This document shows, piece by piece, positions 57,561 to 64,000 of a stretch of DNA of 64,000 nt. Location: positions 32,001 to 96,000 of IMG/VR virus record IMGVR_UViG_3300030329_003696. The stretch is one strand, 5' to 3'. The notes beneath the pieces were generated by a model. The model had not been told where the DNA came from. It worked only from the letters and a program-made list of their open reading frames with translations, and ran no database searches. The stretch is from a virus. Position numbers and translations under genes: made by a program. Within the stretch, counting starts at the first letter, position 1, and each line of letters starts with the position of its first letter.

Positions 57561-57842
57561 TTACACAAACTTAAAAACTAGGTAGCCAACGATTACAGCG
57601 GCGATGATTAGGAATAACCATTTTCTTTTTGCCGCCACTGCGTATATTTTTTCTTTTAGTGCGTGTATTTTTTCAATTCGGTAATTTCGCTTGGCCTCAC
57701 GTTTTTTCCGTCTGTCCTCCCAGCGTTGACGGCGGGACTCAAGTCTTTCCTCTCGCTTGGTTTTTTCTTCAGGGGTTTCGTCCACTGGTGCAACCTCTAA
57801 GTCGTCACCACCTCGGATAAAATCTACTATCCAGTTAAACAT
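57561..57842 (-). CDS. tail-anchored membrane protein
   Basis: charged helix plus C-terminal TM. Confidence 0.6.
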   Translation of the reverse strand: MFNWIVDFIRGGDDLEVAPVDETPEEKTKREERLESRRQRWEDRRKKREAKRNYRIEKIHALKEKIYAVAAKRKWLFLIIAAVIVGYLVFKFV

Positions 57843-57850
57843 TAAATTAT

Positions 57851-58090
57851 CTATTTATTCTCCTTGTAATTTTGTTTGTTGTCTTCGTAGTATTGTTTAT
57901 TCTCTAGTACAGAAGTTGCCTCGTGTTCATGCTTAAAATAATGCTTGAATTGTTTGTATAGTGCTTTCACCTGCTCAAATGCTTCTTCTTCGCATATCTT
58001 GCCGCCTTGCTCCAAGTCACATATGATAGACATCTGTATATTAAAGGCTCTAAAGGGGTCATCGTACTTTTCAAATTTGAATTTACTCAT
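57851..58090 (-). CDS. small hypothetical protein
   Basis: ICDLEQGGKI..AFEQVK. Confidence 0.6.
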   Translation of the reverse strand: MSKFKFEKYDDPFRAFNIQMSIICDLEQGGKICEEEAFEQVKALYKQFKHYFKHEHEATSVLENKQYYEDNKQNYKENK

Positions 58091-59322
58091 TATCTCCAGC
58101 CTTCACGCAACACTCTTAAAGCATTACCTCCTAAAAACTTAGCTATTACTTCGTCTGAATATTTTTGTTTTCCAAGCCCGCTTGTGAGACACTTAAGATA
58201 CTTCGTTATTCTCGGAATCTCTGACATATCTGTGATCTCGTCTGGTGGATCGGTGAAGCCATCAAAGTCCGTGCCGATGCCAACAATGTCTGAACCACCA
58301 ATCTTCATGGCGTGTTCTAAAGTTCTTTCAATATATTTAATCCCTAAAGGTGAGTCAACGGGACTAATCCAGTAGTTCATAAAGATAATACCTAGAACGC
58401 CTCCGTGTTGGCTAAACCATTCTAGCTCCCAGTCGTGTAGGTTGTACGGGTCTGGGTTTACCTCGAAAACTCCTGTATGACTGCTTATGACTCGGTTCTG
58501 CCTGTCCCCAACAATTTCGTAGACCTGCGACCTAGCCTTTGGTGTGCAGTGTGCGATGTCTATAATCATACTTAGTTCACACATACGCTCTACAACCTTC
58601 TTGCCTATCTCGGAAAGACCTACGTTCATATCCCAGTTAGCCATGAGCTTCTTCCAGTTGCCCCTTTTGATGCCATAGTTGGGGTACGGAAACACTGGGT
58701 GTGCGACGAGGTTGGGATAGAAGTGTGCAAGTGTCAGATACGCTACGCCTCTCTCAGCAAAATAGTCTAGGTGCTGTAATATTTCAGCTTCCTTCACTCT
58801 CATATCTGTTGAGGTTTCGCAATCAACACCCTGTAGACTATGACCCCCTTCAATAGAGTGAATCATAGCAATGTGATTGTTTTCAATACACTGTGTAAGT
58901 TCGTGATTGTTCTTAACTATACATACCGGCTTAGATTTTGAGAAATCTATTTTATTATTATATTCAGTTATATGCTTCTCCATGTCGTCAATCATGTTGA
59001 CGGTAGCATCAAAGTAAAAGGGATCAAAAACCCTTCTTCTTACACTCGGTGCTAGGGCTAGTGCCAGCTTCACTAAACTCTGGTCTTCGAGCCATTCCCT
59101 TTCTGGTATATAGCAAGTAGAGAGAATAATATCTACTCCACCCTTCTCCACTAGGGGAAATGTAGTACGCTGACTTAGAGGCCAGAACGCTCTTTTGAAC
59201 AGGCCAGCCAGAAACTTGGTTTTGCTGGCAGAGAGATCCCTGTCTAGTAAGAAACGCTTGAGTACAGCATGGTTGTGTAAGTCAACAACCGTAGAATTTT
59301 TATGTAAGTCTTGCCAATTCAT
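58090..59322 (-). CDS. membrane dipeptidase (peptidase M19, amidohydrolase fold)
   Basis: DLHNH, SIEGGH, LTLAH, IDIAH, SSHT, GIGTDFDG, GGNALRV. Confidence 0.88.
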   Translation of the reverse strand: MNWQDLHKNSTVVDLHNHAVLKRFLLDRDLSASKTKFLAGLFKRAFWPLSQRTTFPLVEKGGVDIILSTCYIPEREWLEDQSLVKLALALAPSVRRRVFDPFYFDATVNMIDDMEKHITEYNNKIDFSKSKPVCIVKNNHELTQCIENNHIAMIHSIEGGHSLQGVDCETSTDMRVKEAEILQHLDYFAERGVAYLTLAHFYPNLVAHPVFPYPNYGIKRGNWKKLMANWDMNVGLSEIGKKVVERMCELSMIIDIAHCTPKARSQVYEIVGDRQNRVISSHTGVFEVNPDPYNLHDWELEWFSQHGGVLGIIFMNYWISPVDSPLGIKYIERTLEHAMKIGGSDIVGIGTDFDGFTDPPDEITDMSEIPRITKYLKCLTSGLGKQKYSDEVIAKFLGGNALRVLREGWR

Positions 59323-59324
59323 TT

Positions 59325-59819
59325 TTAGTCACCTATATATTCGTGAGAGTAGCAGACACGAAGTGATAGCGACTCCTTGATCATATTGTTGTAATTCTTT
59401 TTTCTGTTAAGGTTGTCGGGTCTGGCTTTCCCGTTCTTGCTTGTGGGTCGCCAGATGTCCTTCCCGTTTCTATACTCTCCAAGTTTTATATTTGCGGTTT
59501 TTGAAAAGAACCGCTTATCTTCCGATCTTAAAATCTTACCGATACATTCTGACATTCTATTACCAATGCCCATTCCTTGATAGTCAGACAGAACAACCAG
59601 TCGATGTTCCCTCCAAGCGTTTTTTAATGAACCGCTAGGCATAGCAAGAACCGAGTTAAATGCAACAGGATTTTCCCAAAGGTAGGCAACCCAACAGCGA
59701 GCCGCTTTATTTAATGTCTCTCCTAAGTAGTGATGTTTCTTAAATAATGCCCAATACTTTTCCTTAAGTTCTTTTGGTACTTCGTATACTTCTAGCTCTA
59801 TGGCTGGTCTTTTAAACAT
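59325..59819 (-). CDS. GNAT acetyltransferase (Mom-like)
   Basis: WALFKKHHYL, HRLVVLSDYQGMGIG. Confidence 0.78.
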   Translation of the reverse strand: MFKRPAIELEVYEVPKELKEKYWALFKKHHYLGETLNKAARCWVAYLWENPVAFNSVLAMPSGSLKNAWREHRLVVLSDYQGMGIGNRMSECIGKILRSEDKRFFSKTANIKLGEYRNGKDIWRPTSKNGKARPDNLNRKKNYNNMIKESLSLRVCYSHEYIGD

Positions 59820-60439
59820 TAGAGTATCTCTATCCTCGCTACCTTTTTTAAGGAATCTCTTGGGTCGTCGTTTACAAATCGTTCGCCACTGTCGCAATCA
59901 AAAACCCAATCGGGTTCTATCCACTCAATTATATCTTTATGGCAGGAACATAAAACAACATTCTTAATACCCTTGCGTCTAATATATTTACTGAGTGCGA
60001 CCGACAAACTCTTTGCCGTTTCCCTGTTTACCTCTGAGGTAAATTCGTCTAGCATCATTCCATCTTGTAGTTTTCTAGCTACGGTGGCACGATACTTTTC
60101 ACCGTTACTAAGAACGTGGAAGGGTTTACATAGTGTAGGCACTGATGCCAACCCACACGCAAATAGTTTTTCAATAGCTTCGTCTGGTGTTTCAAAGTGT
60201 GAAACAACAGCCTTATCTCGTACCCAAGTGGTCTGTTTGTGAACTAAACCAAAGTGGTGACTTAAAATTTGACTTTTGCCAGAACCACTGGCTCCCACTA
60301 TCATCCCTATATTATAGGGTTCAGTCGGCTGGAGAAACTCCGGTATCTCCGTAGTAATTGTTCCGTCAAACTCTAGGTCGAACGCTTGAGCTACCTTTTC
60401 AGTAAACTCATCTGGCTGGATACTAATACTTAATTTCAT
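59819..60439 (-). CDS. soluble ABC-type ATPase
   Basis: GASGSGKS, LSNGEKYR, LDEFTS, SCH. Confidence 0.85.
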   Translation of the reverse strand: MKLSISIQPDEFTEKVAQAFDLEFDGTITTEIPEFLQPTEPYNIGMIVGASGSGKSQILSHHFGLVHKQTTWVRDKAVVSHFETPDEAIEKLFACGLASVPTLCKPFHVLSNGEKYRATVARKLQDGMMLDEFTSEVNRETAKSLSVALSKYIRRKGIKNVVLCSCHKDIIEWIEPDWVFDCDSGERFVNDDPRDSLKKVARIEIL

Positions 60440-60465
60440 GCTAATCTCCTAATTTCGGCTACTCT

Positions 60466-60494
60466 ATTATAGTCTAGTATCGGTTAATTGTCAA
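60466..60494 (-). promoter_or_regulatory. consensus sigma70 promoter
   Basis: TTGACA-17-TATAAT. Confidence 0.85.
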
Positions 60495-60526
60495 TAGGTT
60501 CTTTATAATTTTTCAAGTATTTTTTG

Positions 60527-60724
60527 TTAATTATCTTCTTCTAGGGACTCGCGTATAAGCTCGATCAGATCGTTCAACTCTTTGGGTGTTACTTCAATAC
60601 CTTGTTCGGCCATACTCTGTCGTATCATGGATGGGTTCTGTCGGTATTCGTCTACTGCATTTTGAAGTCTTTGGTGATTGTTACTAACAAACTCTAACCA
60701 AGTCTTTCTTATCCGTTCATCCAT
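60527..60724 (-). CDS. small hypothetical protein
   Basis: ORF. Confidence 0.55.
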   Translation of the reverse strand: MDERIRKTWLEFVSNNHQRLQNAVDEYRQNPSMIRQSMAEQGIEVTPKELNDLIELIRESLEEDN

Positions 60725-61197
60725 TTGTCAGCCCCTTCTGGTAGGATACACTTTACTCCAAAAAAATGTTCCAACTGTTGGATCATCTTGTCTCGATATT
60801 CATCAAGCATGAAACTTGACTTCATTTGGTTAGCGTCAAATGATGCTAAACCGCAGTTCTCTATGTCGCTTGTTCCACCTTTACTCAGCGGTACTATGTG
60901 ATCTAACGAATACTGCTTTGAGTCCATCAGGTCTATCTTTTCTCCTGATAGGTAACAGTATGGATTTGCTTCCAGTTTATCTCTTAACTCTTTATTGGTA
61001 AACTTTTTCACAATCTTATCTCCAAATTCTTTTCTTTCTGCTTTTGACTGAGTTCTAGCGAAGTTACAGTGTTTTCTATGAATTACTCTTGCGATTGTTA
61101 GTTTATGATGCTTGGTGTCTGTCATTGACTTTCTATTAAAAGTTTTTGGCTTCTCGTACATAAATCTACTAACTTTTTTCATCAATACTTTATTCAT
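60709..61197 (-). CDS. HNH endonuclease
   Basis: CYLSG..SLDHIVPLSKGG..N..ANQMK. Confidence 0.82.
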   Translation of the reverse strand: MNKVLMKKVSRFMYEKPKTFNRKSMTDTKHHKLTIARVIHRKHCNFARTQSKAERKEFGDKIVKKFTNKELRDKLEANPYCYLSGEKIDLMDSKQYSLDHIVPLSKGGTSDIENCGLASFDANQMKSSFMLDEYRDKMIQQLEHFFGVKCILPEGADKWMNG

Positions 61198-61208
61198 TTG
61201 TCAGCTCC

Positions 61209-62120
61209 TTAGTGTAGTGCGTACATGGACTTAGCGTTCTTGAGATGTGAGGCACAGGCACGAATCGCTGCGTCCTTAGACTTGAGTTCGATGTCCCAGT
61301 CGTAGTCATCGCTACATGGAAAATCTACGGGCATGTCTGCGTGACTGCGTGGATTGGTCTTGTCAGGATGTGACTCACTGTAATGAAACAGTGGTTTGCA
61401 AGGCCAAGTCTCTGCACACTCTAGGTAAGTATTCTTGGCTGACGGATTGCACTTGTCGTGCAGGTTGTCGTATGTGATAGGTAAGCTAAAATACTTGAGC
61501 AGGTTATCTACATTCCAGCAACCTTTGTCTTCGTTCTCTAAGACTAAACGAGAAGTTACGCTTTGATCGCACTGGTTTAGGTTAGACATGAAGCGAGCAG
61601 CGATGTCAGCGAGATCGCCCTTAGTACAGTTGACATGGATGTTGATAGGGTTGTAGTAGCTACGCTCACAGCCTAGCTGATCCATGACCCAGCCATGATG
61701 GTTGAGTTCTAGGATCGTCTTATCTACTGACCCTTGATTCTCGCTTGCAAGCACGTTAAACTGGTCAGGATGCGTAGATAACCGCACGCCCCAGAAGTTC
61801 TTGTTTTCCCATGCGGTATCGTTGAGAGTTTCCATGATAGCTTCGTACTGAGGTACGTCTGAGATGTCGTAACCGAACTCAGGATGTGTTAGCACAGGGA
61901 ACAGATTGCTTGAAATGCGATAGCCCCAGCGGTTTTGCCAGCAGTGCAGGATAGCAAGTCTAGTGACTTTGACATTATTGAGCCAGCGTGAGCCTAGCTC
62001 GTTGAGTGCGTGAGAGACACTGTGCTGACTGCACAGGTCATTGTAACGCTTCCATGTCATGGTCTGGAAGGAGTGGCCTTGTTCTTTGAGTTCGTTACTG
62101 ATGCAACATAGATTGTACAT
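61209..62120 (-). CDS. uvsE: UV damage repair endonuclease
   Basis: YRISS, RLSTHPDQF, NIH, LENED, DNLH, FHYS, HAD, ELKSKD. Confidence 0.92.
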   Translation of the reverse strand: MYNLCCISNELKEQGHSFQTMTWKRYNDLCSQHSVSHALNELGSRWLNNVKVTRLAILHCWQNRWGYRISSNLFPVLTHPEFGYDISDVPQYEAIMETLNDTAWENKNFWGVRLSTHPDQFNVLASENQGSVDKTILELNHHGWVMDQLGCERSYYNPINIHVNCTKGDLADIAARFMSNLNQCDQSVTSRLVLENEDKGCWNVDNLLKYFSLPITYDNLHDKCNPSAKNTYLECAETWPCKPLFHYSESHPDKTNPRSHADMPVDFPCSDDYDWDIELKSKDAAIRACASHLKNAKSMYALH

Positions 62121-62154
62121 ACTTGTCTCCTGTTAGTTGGTTAGTATCCACTGT

Positions 62155-62183
62155 ATTATAATTTATCTATCGGCAGATGTCAA
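62155..62183 (-). promoter_or_regulatory. consensus sigma70 promoter
   Basis: TTGACA-17-TATAAT upstream of uvsE. Confidence 0.85.
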
Positions 62184-62228
62184 TAGGTATCTTTAATTTA
62201 TTTTAAATATTTGCGTACCGACAGCGTT

Positions 62229-62500
62229 TATACCTACGAAGAACTATGAAAGCCAGTAGGTATATGGTAGTGTTTATAGGCAGTATCTTACAAGCTAATG
62301 GAAATTTTTTGCTAAAACCGAAGTTATCTTCGTAGGTCTAGGTTGCTCGCCAGCATTGCCTAGATTTAATTTTTCGATACCTCTGAGTGGTCGGACACTC
62401 AACTGCAACCTATACTTCTCAATGGGTCAGGAACGCAAGACTGCACCCAGTTACGTCTTTATACAAATCTATGAGAAGCGATAATACTGAACTACCATTA
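62229..62500 (-). ncRNA. putative structured ncRNA, unassigned
   Basis: ORF-free, at least 8 complementary helices, follows tRNA-Leu; strand inferred from context. Confidence 0.55.
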
Positions 62501-62534
62501 TTATCTAATCATTATATTTAATCATTATATTTAA

Positions 62535-62619
62535 TCTCGATGGAGGGGATCGAACCCTCACTCCCAATAAGGGAACCGGATTTTAAGTCCGATGCGTCTG
62601 CCTATTCCGCCACATCGAG
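62535..62619 (-). tRNA. tRNA-Leu(UAA)
   Basis: CTCGATG/CATCGAG acceptor, TCGGA-CT TAA AA-TCCGG, long variable arm, TTCGA; no CCA. Confidence 0.93.
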
Positions 62620-62814
62620 TTAGTCTTTTCTGAAGAACTTTTTAAATGTGTTCCAGAGAAAACTTTTTATCACGCTTTTATGGACGATCCTTCCCCCTTC
62701 TTCTTTGAGTCCAAAGTGTTCCAAAGAGCAGTCTTTACAATACCAAAGATGACATATCCTACAGCGGTAGGACTGGTTAATTTCAATCTCTTTGTCGCAA
62801 CTTTCACATTTCAT
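62620..62814 (-). CDS. small Zn-finger protein
   Basis: CESC..CRIC..CKDC..H. Confidence 0.65.
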   Translation of the reverse strand: MKCESCDKEIEINQSYRCRICHLWYCKDCSLEHFGLKEEGGRIVHKSVIKSFLWNTFKKFFRKD

Positions 62815-62817
62815 AAG

Positions 62818-62889
62818 TAGCTCGACGAGGAATCGAACCTCGAACTAGGGTTTAGAAGACCCTTGTTATATCCGTTTAACTATCGAGCC
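62818..62889 (-). tRNA. tRNA-Arg(UCU)
   Basis: GGCTCGA/TCGAGCT, AGGGT-CT TCT AA-ACCCT, GGTTCGATTCC. Confidence 0.92.
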
Positions 62890-62894
62890 AGAAG

Positions 62895-62967
62895 TCCGGC
62901 AGGGTGGAATCGAACCACCGACTCCCGCTTTATAAGAACGACGCTCTAACCCCTGAGCTACTGCCGG
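62895..62967 (-). tRNA. tRNA-Ile(UAU)
   Basis: CCGGCAG/CTGCCGG, TCGTT-CT TAT AA-AGCGG, GGTTCGATTCC. Confidence 0.9.
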
Positions 62968-63055
62968 TTCACGGAGGTTGTCGCCCTGATTATTCTCAGC
63001 CGTTGCACTTTTAAGCAACCGAACACTTAGTGAGAACAGCGGTGTGTCCTGTATT

Positions 63056-63084
63056 ATTATATTCAATCTATCGTCATTTGTCAA
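63056..63084 (-). promoter_or_regulatory. consensus sigma70 promoter for tRNA cluster
   Basis: TTGACA-17-TATAAT. Confidence 0.85.
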
Positions 63085-63106
63085 TGGGTTCTTTAGATAA
63101 TTTCAT

Positions 63107-63139
63107 AAAAAAAGCCAGCTTTGGTAACAAGGTGCTGGC
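63107..63139 (-). terminator. intrinsic terminator after tmRNA coding piece
   Basis: GCCAGC..GCTGGC + T7. Confidence 0.75.
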
Positions 63140-63383
63140 AAACCCCGTGACCTACGAATAGGTCAGTCGGCCACCTAAGCGGCCATTGCGTAATTCTCTA
63201 CGCCGTTTAAAGTTGTGATAGATTTTTAGCGTAGCCCTTCTATCAACTACGACATGCAGTCATTAACTACGCAACCAGTCGATACCATTACGCCCCCATG
63301 AGTTGGCAAGTGGAGGCGGGGAGAATCGAACTCCCGTCCTGCATTGGTTCACTAATAACGTCTACATGCTTATGCCCGAAGGC
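63110..63383 (-). ncRNA. ssrA: circularly permuted (two-piece) tmRNA
   Basis: acceptor piece (T-arm, CGCCTCCA ending 63311) precedes coding piece GGGGGCG (63297); G3-U70; P2 and pk1 pairings; tag GVENYAMAA* at 63175-63204. Confidence 0.9.
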
Positions 63384-63385
63384 AG

Positions 63386-63458
63386 TACCCCATAGGAGAA
63401 TTGAACTCCTGTTTTCGGCGTGAAAAGCCGATGTCCTAGTCCACTAGACGAATGGGGC
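63386..63458 (-). tRNA. tRNA-Glu(UUC)
   Basis: GCCCCAT/ATGGGGT, TCGGC-TT TTC AC-GCCGA, AGTTCAATTCT. Confidence 0.92.
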
Positions 63459-63465
63459 GGTGATG

Positions 63466-63573
63466 CTACGCAAATGTTCGGTAGATCACAATTAACATTG
63501 ACAAACTAATGCCAGATAAAAAACCTAAGCTATAGTCTTTTAACATAAGATTTCTTTCTCCTCTTTTTACCAT
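63466..63573 (-). CDS. possible 35-aa TM peptide
   Basis: GGAG RBS; hydrophobic C-terminal half. Confidence 0.35.
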   Translation of the reverse strand: MVKRGERNLMLKDYSLGFLSGISLSMLIVIYRTFA

Positions 63574-63585
63574 ATTCTCCCCTGA

Positions 63586-63999
63586 TTAAAACTTAAACTC
63601 AACAAGAGTAATGAACTCTTGATTATCGATTCCTCTATGCAAAGGATAGATAAGATCGCTTGGCAATAATTGCTTATCACACTCCGAGGGAGGTGCTGGA
63701 TCGCCTAGAATCCCCTCTGGTTCTACAATCGGAGGTTTCGTTGGGAGTCTCTCCAGCTTAGGAGGAACCCAGTAACCTCTTTCATATCGAAACATCTTAG
63801 GTTGAGGCCAATAAAATTTAGCCCTGAATGGGGATGTGATAATTCTACCAGCACCCTTAAGCATAGCTCCAGTCCCCCGAATGGTCTTCTGTCCCACGTC
63901 TTTAACATAGAGTCCCACTCCCGACAATACGTCGCAAGGGGTGACAGCCTTAAAAAATATAGGCTCTTTTTCCTGTGCCTCTGCGTCTGCGGTGATAGA
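63586..63999 (-). CDS. hypothetical protein, 5'-truncated by window edge
   Basis: frame open to window end (SITADAEAQEKEP...). Confidence 0.6.
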   Translation of the reverse strand, partial: SITADAEAQEKEPIFFKAVTPCDVLSGVGLYVKDVGQKTIRGTGAMLKGAGRIITSPFRAKFYWPQPKMFRYERGYWVPPKLERLPTKPPIVEPEGILGDPAPPSECDKQLLPSDLIYPLHRGIDNQEFITLVEFKF

Positions 64000-64000
64000 C

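Noticed and set aside
59819-59897. Programmed frameshift fusing the ABC ATPase and GNAT
   Set aside because: A simple TAATG stop-start coupling at 59819 explains the junction; frameshifting cannot be excluded but is not needed.
62506-62533. Tandem TAATCATTATATT x2 as origin or iteron
   Set aside because: Only two AT-rich copies; insufficient evidence, possibly slippage.
62866-63084. 72-aa ORF
   Set aside because: Overlaps tRNA-Arg, tRNA-Ile and a promoter; its TTG start is the -35 hexamer.
1-64000. Plus-strand ORFs and nested minus-strand ORFs in the track
   Set aside because: They lie antisense to or inside well-supported minus-strand genes and show no protein motifs; treated as shadow ORFs.
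1-64000. Alternative genetic code or stop-codon recoding
   Set aside because: Conserved genes are full length under code 11 and end in TAA, TAG and TGA; no suppressor tRNA seen.
1-64000. Bacterial chromosome or eukaryotic giant virus origin
   Set aside because: Single-strand dense layout, phage-type gene set, CCA-less tRNAs and no housekeeping operons argue against a chromosome; DnaE/DnaB/DnaG, SD sites, sigma70 promoters and tmRNA argue against an NCLDV.

Overview
A 64 kb segment of a large dsDNA tailed bacteriophage genome. Essentially all genes are on the minus strand, tightly packed with ATGA/TAATG overlaps, SD-type RBSs and sigma70-like promoters, in the standard genetic code. Contents by position: (1) a large glycosyltransferase/methyltransferase region (0-12 kb, 17-21 kb); (2) a DnaE polymerase split into two intein-free genes separated by a DnaQ-like exonuclease and an EndoVII-type homing endonuclease; (3) three Tat-signal DUF1501 paralogues interleaved with small membrane or secreted peptides, suggesting a Planctomycetota/PVC host; (4) replication, recombination and nucleotide genes (Cas4-like nuclease, dNMP kinase, primase, GuaC, DnaB, RecA, PhoH, MazG, NrdAB, dCMP deaminase, ThyX); (5) a candidate non-canonical lysis cassette (holin-like protein, papain-like cysteine protease, exported thioredoxin, TM-PAS protein, no recognisable muralytic enzyme); (6) a phage sigma factor, an Hsp20 gene enclosed by a long-range RNA stem, sugar-nucleotide enzymes, an M19 dipeptidase, an ABC-ATPase/GNAT pair and UvsE; (7) an RNA island with four tRNAs (including Ile-UAU), a circularly permuted two-piece tmRNA and an unassigned ~270-nt highly structured element. 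All calls come from motif recognition by eye; no searches were run.
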